Virus record (IMG/VR): IMGVR_UViG_3300020016_000005
Span: 5,587-69,586 of that record
Strand: one strand, 5' to 3'
Source of the DNA: a virus
Taxonomy: Duplodnaviria > Caudoviricetes
Length of the DNA: 64,000 nucleotides
The translations under genes were made by a program, and so were the position numbers. Shown here in pieces: positions 27,540 through 36,718 of the stretch. The notes below the pieces were generated by a model. It worked only from the letters and a program-made list of their open reading frames with translations, was not told the DNA's origin and ran no database searches. How positions within the stretch are numbered: the stretch's first letter is position 1; every line of letters starts with the position of its first letter.

Positions 27540-27544
27540 ACAAA

Positions 27545-27910
27545 ATGACCTTCGAGGAATTCAGCAAGGCAAATCGTGCTCGTTGTGAAGCACCAAATGG
27601 TTTCAATCATCCGCTCTCCGGTTGGTCGACCAGTGACTGGTTCGTTGCGATCATGGGCGAACTAGGTGAAGCTGCTAACCTCGCTAAGAAACTGAATCGC
27701 TCGCGCGACGGCATTCCCGGTAACAAAGAAACCGACGATGTTCTGCGTGAAAAACTGCGTAAGGAGATTGGCGACACTGGTGTCTATCTTGATCTGATAG
27801 CACAGTCGCTCGGTTTCCAGCTCGGCGAGGCTATGGTCGAAGTATTCGATTCCAAATCTGCCGAGCTTCGTTATCCCGTACAACTCAAACCAGAAGGAAC
27901 TGAGCCATGA
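27545..27910 (+). CDS. MazG-like nucleotide pyrophosphohydrolase
   Basis: GELGEAANLAKKLNR...KEIGDTGVYLDLIA. Confidence 0.75.
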   Translation: MTFEEFSKANRARCEAPNGFNHPLSGWSTSDWFVAIMGELGEAANLAKKLNRSRDGIPGNKETDDVLREKLRKEIGDTGVYLDLIAQSLGFQLGEAMVEVFDSKSAELRYPVQLKPEGTEP

Positions 27911-28104
27911 GACACCCCTGCCAGAAGTGTGCCTGCCCCTGTGATCTTCCTGCAAACGATTACGGGGAACTCATCTGCAAGTCGTGTACCGATAATGCGG
28001 CAGAAGCTGCTTACGATCGCCACATGGAGTCCTTCCATGACGGTGGCGCCACGCAGTGGAAGACACTTCAAGAGCAGCAGATTGATCTGTGGGGGTTGAA
28101 ATAG
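27907..28104 (+). CDS. small Cys-rich hypothetical protein
   Basis: CQKC..C..CKSC. Confidence 0.55.
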   Translation: MRHPCQKCACPCDLPANDYGELICKSCTDNAAEAAYDRHMESFHDGGATQWKTLQEQQIDLWGLK

Positions 28105-28304
28105 TGCCGGACCAGAAACCCCCACTCGACTACAACAGAACTACAACGGGTTGGGCGAACACAGGACGTATCCGCATTCGACCGGGTTGGTTCGGTTTCG
28201 TTGTAGCTGAAGAACTATTTGTGAAATGGGATGGAGGTGGAGAATGGCGCCGTCTGTCCTTACCGAAGATCATTATCGAAGGGCGAAAATTCGATGAAGA
28301 CTGA
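28089..28304 (+). CDS. hypothetical protein
   Basis: ORF track; start uncertain. Confidence 0.45.
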   Translation: MGVEIVPDQKPPLDYNRTTTGWANTGRIRIRPGWFGFVVAEELFVKWDGGGEWRRLSLPKIIIEGRKFDED

Positions 28305-28518
28305 ATCTCCAATTGTAAAATCGATTCAATCTGAAGCCATACGAAACTCTGATAAAGGTATCGGTGGAAGCACGACGGGAAAAGCCACACGGGGCAATGT
28401 GGTCTGTGCATACTATCCAGCATGCAATCGATTTGCATGGTTTGTGAATGGTGAACCTGAAACCAAAGCCTACGCTACCCATCTTCTGATGGGTACTGTC
28501 TCAAGGAAAAAGACATGA
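28294..28518 (+). CDS. hypothetical protein
   Basis: Overlapping operon ORF. Confidence 0.5.
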   Translation: MKTESPIVKSIQSEAIRNSDKGIGGSTTGKATRGNVVCAYYPACNRFAWFVNGEPETKAYATHLLMGTVSRKKT

Positions 28519-28760
28519 GACCTATCGGCCACACCCAAATGATGGTGTTGAAGGCACTCAACATCCATGGGTTCTGGACCACACAGTCGGAATGGACCTG
28601 GATGGGGTATTCCGACATGCGAAAGACCCTCGAGACGCTTGTAGCGCGAGGGCTTGTGGTTAAAAGAAAAATTCCGCAAAAGACCAGTCAATGTAAGAAG
28701 AGCTGGATGATTGTTTATTCACTACCTAATGGCAGACTAGAAAACAAGCAAGGGGACTAA
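28515..28760 (+). CDS. hypothetical protein, winged-HTH-like
   Basis: VLKAL...KTLETLVARGLV. Confidence 0.5.
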   Translation: MRPIGHTQMMVLKALNIHGFWTTQSEWTWMGYSDMRKTLETLVARGLVVKRKIPQKTSQCKKSWMIVYSLPNGRLENKQGD

Positions 28761-28761
28761 G

Positions 28762-29049
28762 ATGTACAAGACGTATCTGTTCAAGACCAAGGATCCCGTG
28801 ATCGATCTGTTGCGCACGGCGCTGCAATTCGAAGCGGAAGCTCAAGGCGTTAAGTTCGGTACTGTAATCGCTCAGATTGCTAAGTCGAGCGGCGTGACGA
28901 ACACCACACTCCGTAACTGGTTCTTCGGGGCCACCATTTCACCGCGCTACTGTTGCGTCGCAGCCGTCGCCAATTCGGTGAGAGCATCGTTCCGCGTCGG
29001 CGAGCGCAAAATGGCCAAGCGCAAGCCCAAGTTGAGGTTAGTCGCATGA
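28762..29049 (+). CDS. HTH transcriptional regulator
   Basis: IAQIAKSSGVTNTTLRNWFFGATISPR. Confidence 0.7.
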   Translation: MYKTYLFKTKDPVIDLLRTALQFEAEAQGVKFGTVIAQIAKSSGVTNTTLRNWFFGATISPRYCCVAAVANSVRASFRVGERKMAKRKPKLRLVA

Positions 29050-29219
29050 CGAAAAGTGAAGAGCGCGACTATATCGGCCCCGATCCGATCAAATGGCTCG
29101 ACAGGCTGCTGCTCGTCAACGAGCGCAGTGCTTTCACATCCGATCAAAAGATCGCCATTGCCTCCGGAATTCGCACGCTCATGAAGCAATTCGGCGCTAA
29201 CGTGTTGAGCACAAAATGA
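29046..29219 (+). CDS. hypothetical protein
   Basis: ATGA-coupled ORF. Confidence 0.45.
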   Translation: MTKSEERDYIGPDPIKWLDRLLLVNERSAFTSDQKIAIASGIRTLMKQFGANVLSTK

Positions 29220-29359
29220 AAATCAAACCGCTGTTCGCTTGGTACGACCTGTGGGTCGGCGCGTTCTGGGACCGCGACAAGCGCAAGCTCTACATTCTTC
29301 CGCTGCCGTGCTTCGGCATCGTGATCGAGTTTGAGGCGGTGATGGACGAACAACAATGA
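29216..29359 (+). CDS. small aromatic-rich hypothetical protein (47 aa)
   Basis: Hand-translated [32 protein letters not shown]... Confidence 0.55.
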   Translation: MKIKPLFAWYDLWVGAFWDRDKRKLYILPLPCFGIVIEFEAVMDEQQ

Positions 29360-29691
29360 CAATGGTTAACATGCGCTGCGACGTATGCCAGCGCGACCCC
29401 AAGGTTCATCCAGCAGTGGGTGTGGCTTGCACCTCAATACCATATTCTTGCGCCTACTGCAGAGCATGCGCAACCAGGGGTGCTGATCCAATAATGGTAT
29501 TTGAGCTCTGGTACGACACAGTTGGGGAGCCAGATAGACATCGGTCTCCAGACAACAGCTATACCTTTCTCGGAGATAGCTATATCACATATCGAGATTG
29601 GTACACAATCAGATCTCGCAATCATGATCGGCATGTTCTAGATTGGAGTCTCGAACAGTATTTCAATCAGGAAGAACCTAGTGATAACTAA
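29356..29691 (+). CDS. Zn-binding hypothetical protein
   Basis: [15 protein letters not shown]. Confidence 0.6.
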   Translation: MTMVNMRCDVCQRDPKVHPAVGVACTSIPYSCAYCRACATRGADPIMVFELWYDTVGEPDRHRSPDNSYTFLGDSYITYRDWYTIRSRNHDRHVLDWSLEQYFNQEEPSDN

Positions 29692-29878
29692 TGATATGAT
29701 TCAATTCCGGCTGTTGCAGATGCCTTGCTGCCACATGCTGCTATGTTGGGTCAACCCGCGCCTTCCGAACTATTGCCCGGAATGTGGTACCCATATCTTT
29801 CTGAAACTTAAGTCAGGCGAATACACGCGGGTCAACGATAAGGACGCAGTCCTTAGGGCGGACTATGGTAAGATATGA
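29681..29878 (+). CDS. small Cys-rich hypothetical protein
   Basis: MPCCHMLLCWVNPRLPNYCPECG. Confidence 0.6.
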   Translation: MITNDMIQFRLLQMPCCHMLLCWVNPRLPNYCPECGTHIFLKLKSGEYTRVNDKDAVLRADYGKI

Positions 29879-30294
29879 GTAAAACTCTAATCGAGGTGAA
29901 TATGGGTAAAAATAGAGGAGTCAGGATCTGGACTGCCGCAGCTCACAATTTACTTTATCAAGAATTAGTTAAAAGATTTGGAAAACTTCCCGAATGGGAA
30001 ACTAACAATCGACCTGGACGTGGGCGTGATCTTGAATATGATCTCTTCTGTGAAAGTTTTGCAAAGATAGTTGGAGCTGATAGTGGAGATGCTGTCAAAC
30101 AACAAATTGCTTTCGCAAGACAAGAAACTCTTCCTAATATAAAAAGTTCTCGTTCAATGGTGTCAAACTTTGTACTCAATAAAGCAGCAGCTTATCACGC
30201 TGGTTTTATTCTATTTGCTAATTTTCCAGGTGTGAGTTCAGCTCCACCTTCAAGAAGCAGTACAATCCCGGGAACAACAAGACCATGGACGTAA
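29875..30294 (+). CDS. hypothetical protein
   Basis: Last sizeable + strand ORF; AT-rich. Confidence 0.6.
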   Translation: MSKTLIEVNMGKNRGVRIWTAAAHNLLYQELVKRFGKLPEWETNNRPGRGRDLEYDLFCESFAKIVGADSGDAVKQQIAFARQETLPNIKSSRSMVSNFVLNKAAAYHAGFILFANFPGVSSAPPSRSSTIPGTTRPWT

Positions 30295-30410
30295 TGAATA
30301 ATCGGGGCGTTTTAAGCCGCTACAGTGCGTTTGAAACTATTGTGTTACATGTGTACGGGCCGCAGCTAGAAACGCCCCCAACCGGCGCGCTAGCGATCTG
30401 TATAGCGGTC

Positions 30411-30448
30411 AAAAAGTAAGCGCGGCGCGCTCCTGTAGCGCCGCGCTT
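30411..30448 (-). terminator. intrinsic terminator at the junction of the convergent arms
   Basis: Perfect 11-bp stem AAGCGCGGCGC/GCGCCGCGCTT with 9-nt loop; ACTTTTT tail on the - strand. Confidence 0.8.
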
Positions 30449-30465
30449 ATCAAATGTAACCTCCC

Positions 30466-30546
30466 TCAAGGCAGGGGTTGTGGGTAGTCTGCTGGTAGAG
30501 GGATCGGCACCGTACAGCCACCGGGCCGACAGATGACCTTCACCAT
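30466..30546 (-). CDS. 26-aa Cys/Pro micropeptide MVKVICRPGGCTVPIPLPADYPQPLP
   Basis: Hand-translated; strong AAGGAG RBS; CRPxxC like the peptide at 57980. Confidence 0.6.
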   Translation of the reverse strand: MVKVICRPGGCTVPIPLPADYPQPLP

Positions 30547-30561
30547 GATATCACACTCCTT

Positions 30562-30633
30562 TCAACACCCTTTGCAGATTGGTGGGGGTGCCGATGGATA
30601 TGGAGGCAGTGGCGGCACCTTACTTCGATCCAT
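30562..30633 (-). CDS. 23-aa Cys/Pro micropeptide MDRSKVPPLPPYPSAPPPICKGC
   Basis: Hand-translated; weak RBS; stop abuts the next RBS. Confidence 0.4.
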   Translation of the reverse strand: MDRSKVPPLPPYPSAPPPICKGC

Positions 30634-30673
30634 TCCAATATAGGGATCGCCTATTGTTGGAGGCGATTCCCTC

Positions 30674-30850
30674 TCAGCGTATAGGGGATCCGAATACCGC
30701 GATCCCGAGAATGCCGATCAGGACGAACAAGATAAGCCACGAGCCGAACGGAGCCCATGGATACTGCTGCGTCCGCCAGGGTCCAAGACCAAGGATGCCA
30801 AGGACACCAATCAGAACATAGATCAGCCAGAACCAGATGTTTGCACCCAT
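30674..30850 (-). CDS. 58-aa two-TM membrane protein (holin candidate)
   Basis: MGANIWFWLIYVLIGVLGILGLGPW...WLILFVLIGILGIAVFGSPIR; GGAGG RBS; missed by the ORF track. Confidence 0.7.
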   Translation of the reverse strand: MGANIWFWLIYVLIGVLGILGLGPWRTQQYPWAPFGSWLILFVLIGILGIAVFGSPIR

Positions 30851-30859
30851 GACGTCCTC

Positions 30860-31147
30860 CTATTGTTTCGACTTCCCAGGATTGATATGAAGCTCGCGCG
30901 TCATTACGTCAACAATACGCTCGATGCTATTTTCGTTTTTCTTAGTCGCGCCTTCCAAAACAGTAAGCCGAGTGTTGATTTCTGCTAGATGGGGCGAGCC
31001 GCGTACCTCTAACGTATTCACGCGGCTCTCAAGTCGAACCATATAGCCCCATGCGCTGAACGCCAATCCCCCGACAAAGATAGCCTGGGCGATCAGGAAA
31101 TATACGAGTGTCGAGTTATTCCTGACCCAGGATTTGATTTCGGTCAT
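30860..31147 (-). CDS. single-TM plus coiled-coil protein (holin/spanin-like lysis candidate)
   Basis: Hydrophobic LVYFLIAQAIFVGGLAFSAWGYM followed by a heptad-like segment. Confidence 0.6.
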   Translation of the reverse strand: MTEIKSWVRNNSTLVYFLIAQAIFVGGLAFSAWGYMVRLESRVNTLEVRGSPHLAEINTRLTVLEGATKKNENSIERIVDVMTRELHINPGKSKQ

Positions 31148-31157
31148 CGCATGCCAG

Positions 31158-31349
31158 TCATTCTGAAGAAGTTAATCCTTCACGTGACTTCGCCATCATT
31201 GCGATGTATACGGGATTCTCCGCCGGCCATTGTGCAGGCGGAAGCAATGCTGGATTAGGAATCTCTTCTCTCACAGTCGCAACTGGAGGTTCCGGCATTC
31301 CCTTGATCTCAGGTACATAGGGGCCCGGGAAGGGAGGGGTATCTGTCAT
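31158..31349 (-). CDS. Pro-rich hypothetical protein (63 aa)
   Basis: GGAG RBS before MTDTPPFPG. Confidence 0.55.
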   Translation of the reverse strand: MTDTPPFPGPYVPEIKGMPEPPVATVREEIPNPALLPPAQWPAENPVYIAMMAKSREGLTSSE

Positions 31350-31362
31350 TTCAACTCTCCTA

Positions 31363-32715
31363 TTATGGGATGAACTGTCCACCCGAACTCGCGCTACCAG
31401 GTATGTTACCTGGTATTGTATGTCCAACCATGTTGATAATGGCATTCTCCGCAACGAAATATTGAATGCCAGTACAATTACTGACGAGCAGATCTGTACA
31501 ACCCCAGTCCATGACACCCAGAGACGTACACCAGAAGAATACCGCACCTGCATTCATGCGAATGTTTGAGAAGTGCCAGAAGCCTGTCTCTCCCAAAAGA
31601 AGATAGGTATGTCCAGTTGATCCGTGACCGTAACAGACAACAGCTCCACCCATTATATGGTTATTGCCAAGGAAACGATTGTTACCTTTGAACTGAGCAA
31701 ACTCTCCATCCGCACAGTCAACGAAACGTGAACGCGGATTATCGACCATCATCTCGAACTGGCAATTGTTCACAAAGACGCGAGACCCCATAGCACGAAC
31801 GCCTGCCATCTGGTCTGGTCCCGCATGGGCCATCTCAAATGTTACACCCATGAACGACATGCTTGCAATCGATTCCATCCACATACAAGAATACAGATCA
31901 ATGTGCATGAATGCTGATCTAACTCGATACGAACCCGGATTGTTCTGATCTCCGGTTAGTGACACAGCACCGCCGAACGCACTGATCGACGTACCGTCAT
32001 AAGTACCTGGAATGCCGAGTCGCATATTGATCGAGAACAGAGGTGTGGCCGCATAGCGCGAACCAACTGCGTTCCAAGCGCCAGCAATAGTACGAAACGC
32101 CTTGTCGGGAGTGTTCGCCGTACCATCGCCAGTCGTATCGTTACCGTCTGTGCGAATCCAACAATCAATGCCACCCTTGACCAGAAGGGGAACCTGGCTG
32201 GCAACCATGCCGCAGACATAGAAGTAGCCATTGAGATAACAAATGATGTACGGGATACCTGCACGCAGGTCAAGTCGCTCGAGGTGCTGTCCATCGTTGC
32301 GCAGAAGATAGACCCCGCCCAGACCGTTAATATTGATTGTGACAATAGCCTGGTTAGTTGTCTCCGGAACAACAGTTAGCGTCATGAAATTGTTGTAGCG
32401 TGTGGCTACCGGATCGAGGCCAGCCGAGTAATTATTCGGCCCTCCCGTCAGATATGTGGATCGAGCCAATCCACGTTGATTGATATATCGTACTGCCCTT
32501 TCGATGTGATCAAGACGGGAGCAATCGTATTGCAACTCTCCCTTCATAATCAGATTCATATCCTCAGCCAACATCGCGTTGGCTGCGGCTGGATCGAACC
32601 GTGGCTGACAGCGACTGGTGCTGTACCACAGTTCATGACATCCGGCAGGGGTGTTTACGTCGATGCTATTCTTGGCGTCTGCTGCCGGAACGCCACTGTC
32701 TGGGAACATGGGCAT
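31363..32715 (-). CDS. tail spike / receptor-binding protein with Cys anchor and probable beta-helix C-terminus
   Basis: GNDTTGDGT...AFRTI motif and beta-rich tail; N-terminus similar to the 42487 protein. Confidence 0.7.
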   Translation of the reverse strand: MPMFPDSGVPAADAKNSIDVNTPAGCHELWYSTSRCQPRFDPAAANAMLAEDMNLIMKGELQYDCSRLDHIERAVRYINQRGLARSTYLTGGPNNYSAGLDPVATRYNNFMTLTVVPETTNQAIVTININGLGGVYLLRNDGQHLERLDLRAGIPYIICYLNGYFYVCGMVASQVPLLVKGGIDCWIRTDGNDTTGDGTANTPDKAFRTIAGAWNAVGSRYAATPLFSINMRLGIPGTYDGTSISAFGGAVSLTGDQNNPGSYRVRSAFMHIDLYSCMWMESIASMSFMGVTFEMAHAGPDQMAGVRAMGSRVFVNNCQFEMMVDNPRSRFVDCADGEFAQFKGNNRFLGNNHIMGGAVVCYGHGSTGHTYLLLGETGFWHFSNIRMNAGAVFFWCTSLGVMDWGCTDLLVSNCTGIQYFVAENAIINMVGHTIPGNIPGSASSGGQFIP

Positions 32716-32736
32716 GGTTTGTTACTTCCTTTTGTC

Positions 32737-34050
32737 TCAGCTGCGAGCAGCCAGTTGCGCTTCCAACGCGTCGACTTTGGCGCTAAGTTCCTTGACCGCA
32801 TTGATCAGAGCGTAAGTCAGGGCGCTCGGATCAATGTCTCGAATGTCTGCAACCTGAACTCCATCGATCATACCTGGATTTATTACAATCATCTCTGGCA
32901 TAATCGTTTCGACGTCTTGAGCAACAAGACCTATAAATTCTTTATCGGCAATTGCCACCATATAGTGTGGACTGTTTCCATAAGGAGCCACAGGGGCAGT
33001 CTTTGGCGTCGGTATGCGTTTATAATTCTCATCAAGATCGACATGATGTTCTGGTGCTTTGGCTGTGTCATTGCCTCTATATTTGTACCGCACTGGTTGT
33101 ATGGCAAGAATCTGAGCGAGACCTCCTTCGTAGTTTCCTAGTACATTCTTGATGCGTGCATCAGAAGATGCAAACCAAGCACCACCCGCAGGCTTATAAG
33201 CCTGATTTGACCAAGCCTGAACCTTTGCGCCATTGACCCACCACATGGCATCCAAAGAATTTCCATTTCCGTCGGTGTTACCCATTGCCATATAAAAATC
33301 CGGACCTTGAATAGACCAAAGCCCAAATGACGCACCGTTTGAGTGAAAGAGTTGTACACAAGGATTATTATTAGCATAAATTGTGAGACGGCCATAGTTA
33401 CTGAACATGTGACCGTTGAATGTCGACGAGCTGGCACACACAAGAGTGTTCATACGGATCTGGCCTGAATTATCTATGTCTCCTACATTGGAGAGATAAT
33501 TCAGATCGGTACGACCAGCTACTCCCAGAGTAGAATTGATCTGAAGTCCACCCGACATTGTGTCGCCAGTGATATTGACGTAGCGCGCGTCAGCATCACC
33601 TTGACTAATTCCAGTTTGAGAAGGTGGGGGAATTGCAGCAATAGCTTGATCGACATATTGCTTAGTCGAAGCATGCATCGGATCAGTTGGAAGTGCATGC
33701 AATGACAGATAACCCGTCATTGCATCACCGGTAATGTTGACATAGCGTGCGTCTGCAGCAGGCTGACTAATACCAGGCTGCTGTGGTGGAGGAAGCATCT
33801 CGATGACCATATCGACGTAGGCTTTATTGGCGACGTGGTCAGGAACAGTTGGTGTAAATGGATGATAGAGCACACCCTTCATCAAGTCGCCAGTAATGTG
33901 AACAAAGCGAGCGTCAGATTCCTCCTGACTATAAGACGGAGGAACTGGCTTCGCATCCCACCCATACCCATTCCATTTGAACTCAATCTCCGTGAGTGGG
34001 TCCTTGTAGACCTGATCCATCACCGGGTTGGATGGGAAATCGATAGCCAT
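32737..34050 (-). CDS. tail fibre protein with peptidase S74 chaperone domain
   Basis: DFP..WNGYGW N-terminal module; SDARIK..GLVAQDVE..coiled-coil end. Confidence 0.8.
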   Translation of the reverse strand: MAIDFPSNPVMDQVYKDPLTEIEFKWNGYGWDAKPVPPSYSQEESDARFVHITGDLMKGVLYHPFTPTVPDHVANKAYVDMVIEMLPPPQQPGISQPAADARYVNITGDAMTGYLSLHALPTDPMHASTKQYVDQAIAAIPPPSQTGISQGDADARYVNITGDTMSGGLQINSTLGVAGRTDLNYLSNVGDIDNSGQIRMNTLVCASSSTFNGHMFSNYGRLTIYANNNPCVQLFHSNGASFGLWSIQGPDFYMAMGNTDGNGNSLDAMWWVNGAKVQAWSNQAYKPAGGAWFASSDARIKNVLGNYEGGLAQILAIQPVRYKYRGNDTAKAPEHHVDLDENYKRIPTPKTAPVAPYGNSPHYMVAIADKEFIGLVAQDVETIMPEMIVINPGMIDGVQVADIRDIDPSALTYALINAVKELSAKVDALEAQLAARS

Positions 34051-34052
34051 GA

Positions 34053-34424
34053 TCAGATGTCCTGTTTGTCTGTTGTCGTAGTAGCTTGCGCAGAAAGCAT
34101 CGCGACAAAAGCGTCGGTCATAATCTTCATCTGCAACAGAAATGCTACAAAATTTTGTGGAGTGAAACCAGATTGGATTGCGTGTATTGCCTGTGATGCA
34201 TCTTTGACAACTTCGAACGATGCAGATATACCTGCATCGATACGTGCATTTGCATCTCTCTGAACCACAATGGGAGGAGTCGGTGCAGCAGGATTGGGTA
34301 CTCCACCTTCGGAAAGCCACAATTCGTATTCCATGCGATCGGAATTATGCGGATCGGGTGGAATGTGAGCACCGTCGCTTGTGCGAATGACATAGTCGGT
34401 CGTGGTGAGTTGATATTCAGCCAT
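34053..34424 (-). CDS. tail fibre assembly / accessory protein
   Basis: [26 protein letters not shown] motif; TAATG-coupled. Confidence 0.65.
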   Translation of the reverse strand: MAEYQLTTTDYVIRTSDGAHIPPDPHNSDRMEYELWLSEGGVPNPAAPTPPIVVQRDANARIDAGISASFEVVKDASQAIHAIQSGFTPQNFVAFLLQMKIMTDAFVAMLSAQATTTTDKQDI

Positions 34425-36718
34425 TACAATCTCGCATCGAAACACATGGGATCGGATGACAACCCTGCGGGACCCTGACTCGGTGCGCTTGAATTGTTAA
34501 GATTGCCGAAAGATACACGCGCACCCAATTTCGATATCTGCGAGTTCACAATTGTTGCAATGCCTGGATTTGTAACCGATCCACCAATATTAGATAATTC
34601 CATATAGACAACATCAGACGATGAAAGAAACAACGTCGGCACCACTCGTTTCTGAACTTCAAATGAACCAAAGACCTGTGCTGAGGTTCCTGTACTCCAG
34701 GCTCCAGTCCAACCTGAACCACATTTCTCATAGTAGCGTTTGCAGATCTGCAATTCCTCAGACCAAGGACGAATAAGTCGATGTGTATCCATTGGAGGAA
34801 TGTTACCTGGAACTAACATGACTCCACTGATTCCGGTCTGCATACCTACGGCGGCGACGGGGTTCATCGCACCAATCCCGAAAAAGATCATAAACATGGC
34901 ACCCATCGTATCATCCGTCGTCCATGTGCCTGTCGTCTGCGCCGGGAACGTACCAATACACCACTGAGGCACACCTGCTGCGGCAATCGTTAACCAAATA
35001 TCTTGCATTGTCGATCCCAGGCTATCAGTCAGCCGCACCAATATTTGACCCGTCTGCGGAAAACTCGCTCGGAAGCAAAACGAGATGGGGATCGCGTTTG
35101 CCCCTCCCTGCCTTGCTCTCGCAATCCGCGCTCCCTCGATTGAATGGACAAAATAAATAAGATCACCACCTAAAGATGGCTGCGCTATTGTTGTATTCAT
35201 AATAGCACAATATCTAAATTCAGGCGCATGTCCCGATGGGCCTTGAGTATAGAGGCCAAATGCAGATGATCCGCTTTTGGCTATTTTCCAGCCGTCAGCA
35301 AAATACGTGTTCATTGATCCAGCACCAACTGCAATTCCAGCAGTTCCGACAAACTGATTTATGTCGAACCCACCATTGATGAGTATATTACTACTCATAT
35401 CGATAGTGGCAGGAGCAATCTGTTGTCCTCGACTTTCTATGATCCCCGTATCCCGCCAAATAGCAATAGGAGAGTCGACGGCATTACCAGCATCGTCAAA
35501 ACGAATAAGATTGAAATTCGATCCTTTATTACCTCCGGTATCCAATCCGCTGTCGCCAAGGTTCATCGACCAACGAATAACTCCATTGCTCTGACCTATA
35601 ACAGCACGAGCATTCCCAGACTGACCATTGAGCCAAAGAATTGATTGTGGTTTGGTGATCGAAACTTCGCCATTAAAATTGGAAGCACGAGTTTCACGAT
35701 TGATATTGAGTGCCTGACCTATATAGTTACCATCATTCCTATAACAATGAAGAATGAAACTACGACCACCTGCTCCAGCCGCTCCACCTGTCTCTGCATC
35801 GTTACTGCCAAGCTCCATATTCCAACGTTGAGCCAATGCTTCGTTCATACCTACAACTGACATACCCTGACCAGAAGCAGATGCTATCAATCTCAGAATT
35901 GGAGTTGCTTTCTGAATTGCCAGATCGCCTGTCAACGTACCACCAGTGAGTGGAAGAAATCCGGCACCGACAGCACCATCAACGTATTGCTTGGTCGCGA
36001 TGCCGAGCGGTGCGGTCGGGTTGCCAACAACGGTGGCAAGACCTGTGGCGTTGTTAATACTGAGCGCCGCTCGCAGATTGCTCGACGCATCGACTGCCCA
36101 GATACCAAACTCATAGAGGCTAGGCGTCCCTTGCATTCGGAACAGATATTTCGTCGCGCCAACGCTGTTGAAATAAATATCTGCAGGGGCCGTGGCATTT
36201 AGTGAATTGAGGATCAGGGCGGGGTTGGGGCTTTCGATACCGAGATTACCCGTCATCGTGTCGCCGGCTACATTGACGTAGCGAGCATCGGCTGTGGCTT
36301 GATCGAGACCGCCGCTAGGTCTAGAATCTACATATTGCTTTGTCGCAATTCCAAGAGGAGTCGTCGGGTCTCCCTTGACCGACAACAGCCCAGTGACTCG
36401 ATTGCCGACTAGTGCGTGACCTTGAGCCACACCAGCATCGTTGTAATAGGTGACGTAGAAATCAGCAGCCGGGGTGCCAGCAAGTTGAACGCACCAACGA
36501 TCAATAAAGTCACGTTGACCAAAGATATTGGGTCCTATCGGATCATCAGCAGCCTTAGTGATCTTCAGATCACCTGTCATTGTGTCGCCTGAGACATCAA
36601 CAAAGGAGGCGCTCGAGTCTCCTGGCTTGGCTGCCCAGCCATAGCCGTTCCAGAAGTACGTCACTCCACCGGAGACATATTCTTCTCCGAGTGCTGGCGA
36701 TGGAGGAAAGTCAAACAT
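34424..36718 (-). CDS. tail fibre protein with CBM-like C-terminal domain
   Basis: MFDFP..WNGYGW; GDTMTG and ATKQYVD repeats; [12 protein letters not shown]; [10 protein letters not shown]. Confidence 0.8.
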   Translation of the reverse strand: MFDFPPSPALGEEYVSGGVTYFWNGYGWAAKPGDSSASFVDVSGDTMTGDLKITKAADDPIGPNIFGQRDFIDRWCVQLAGTPAADFYVTYYNDAGVAQGHALVGNRVTGLLSVKGDPTTPLGIATKQYVDSRPSGGLDQATADARYVNVAGDTMTGNLGIESPNPALILNSLNATAPADIYFNSVGATKYLFRMQGTPSLYEFGIWAVDASSNLRAALSINNATGLATVVGNPTAPLGIATKQYVDGAVGAGFLPLTGGTLTGDLAIQKATPILRLIASASGQGMSVVGMNEALAQRWNMELGSNDAETGGAAGAGGRSFILHCYRNDGNYIGQALNINRETRASNFNGEVSITKPQSILWLNGQSGNARAVIGQSNGVIRWSMNLGDSGLDTGGNKGSNFNLIRFDDAGNAVDSPIAIWRDTGIIESRGQQIAPATIDMSSNILINGGFDINQFVGTAGIAVGAGSMNTYFADGWKIAKSGSSAFGLYTQGPSGHAPEFRYCAIMNTTIAQPSLGGDLIYFVHSIEGARIARARQGGANAIPISFCFRASFPQTGQILVRLTDSLGSTMQDIWLTIAAAGVPQWCIGTFPAQTTGTWTTDDTMGAMFMIFFGIGAMNPVAAVGMQTGISGVMLVPGNIPPMDTHRLIRPWSEELQICKRYYEKCGSGWTGAWSTGTSAQVFGSFEVQKRVVPTLFLSSSDVVYMELSNIGGSVTNPGIATIVNSQISKLGARVSFGNLNNSSAPSQGPAGLSSDPMCFDARL

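Noticed and set aside
30641-30672. Bulged hairpin AGGGATCGCC...GGCGATTCCCT as a terminator
   Set aside because: No U-tract on either strand; function cannot be supported
30579-30821. 80-aa + strand ORF from the track
   Set aside because: The opposite strand holds a better gene (two-TM protein with GGAGG RBS) in the late-operon direction
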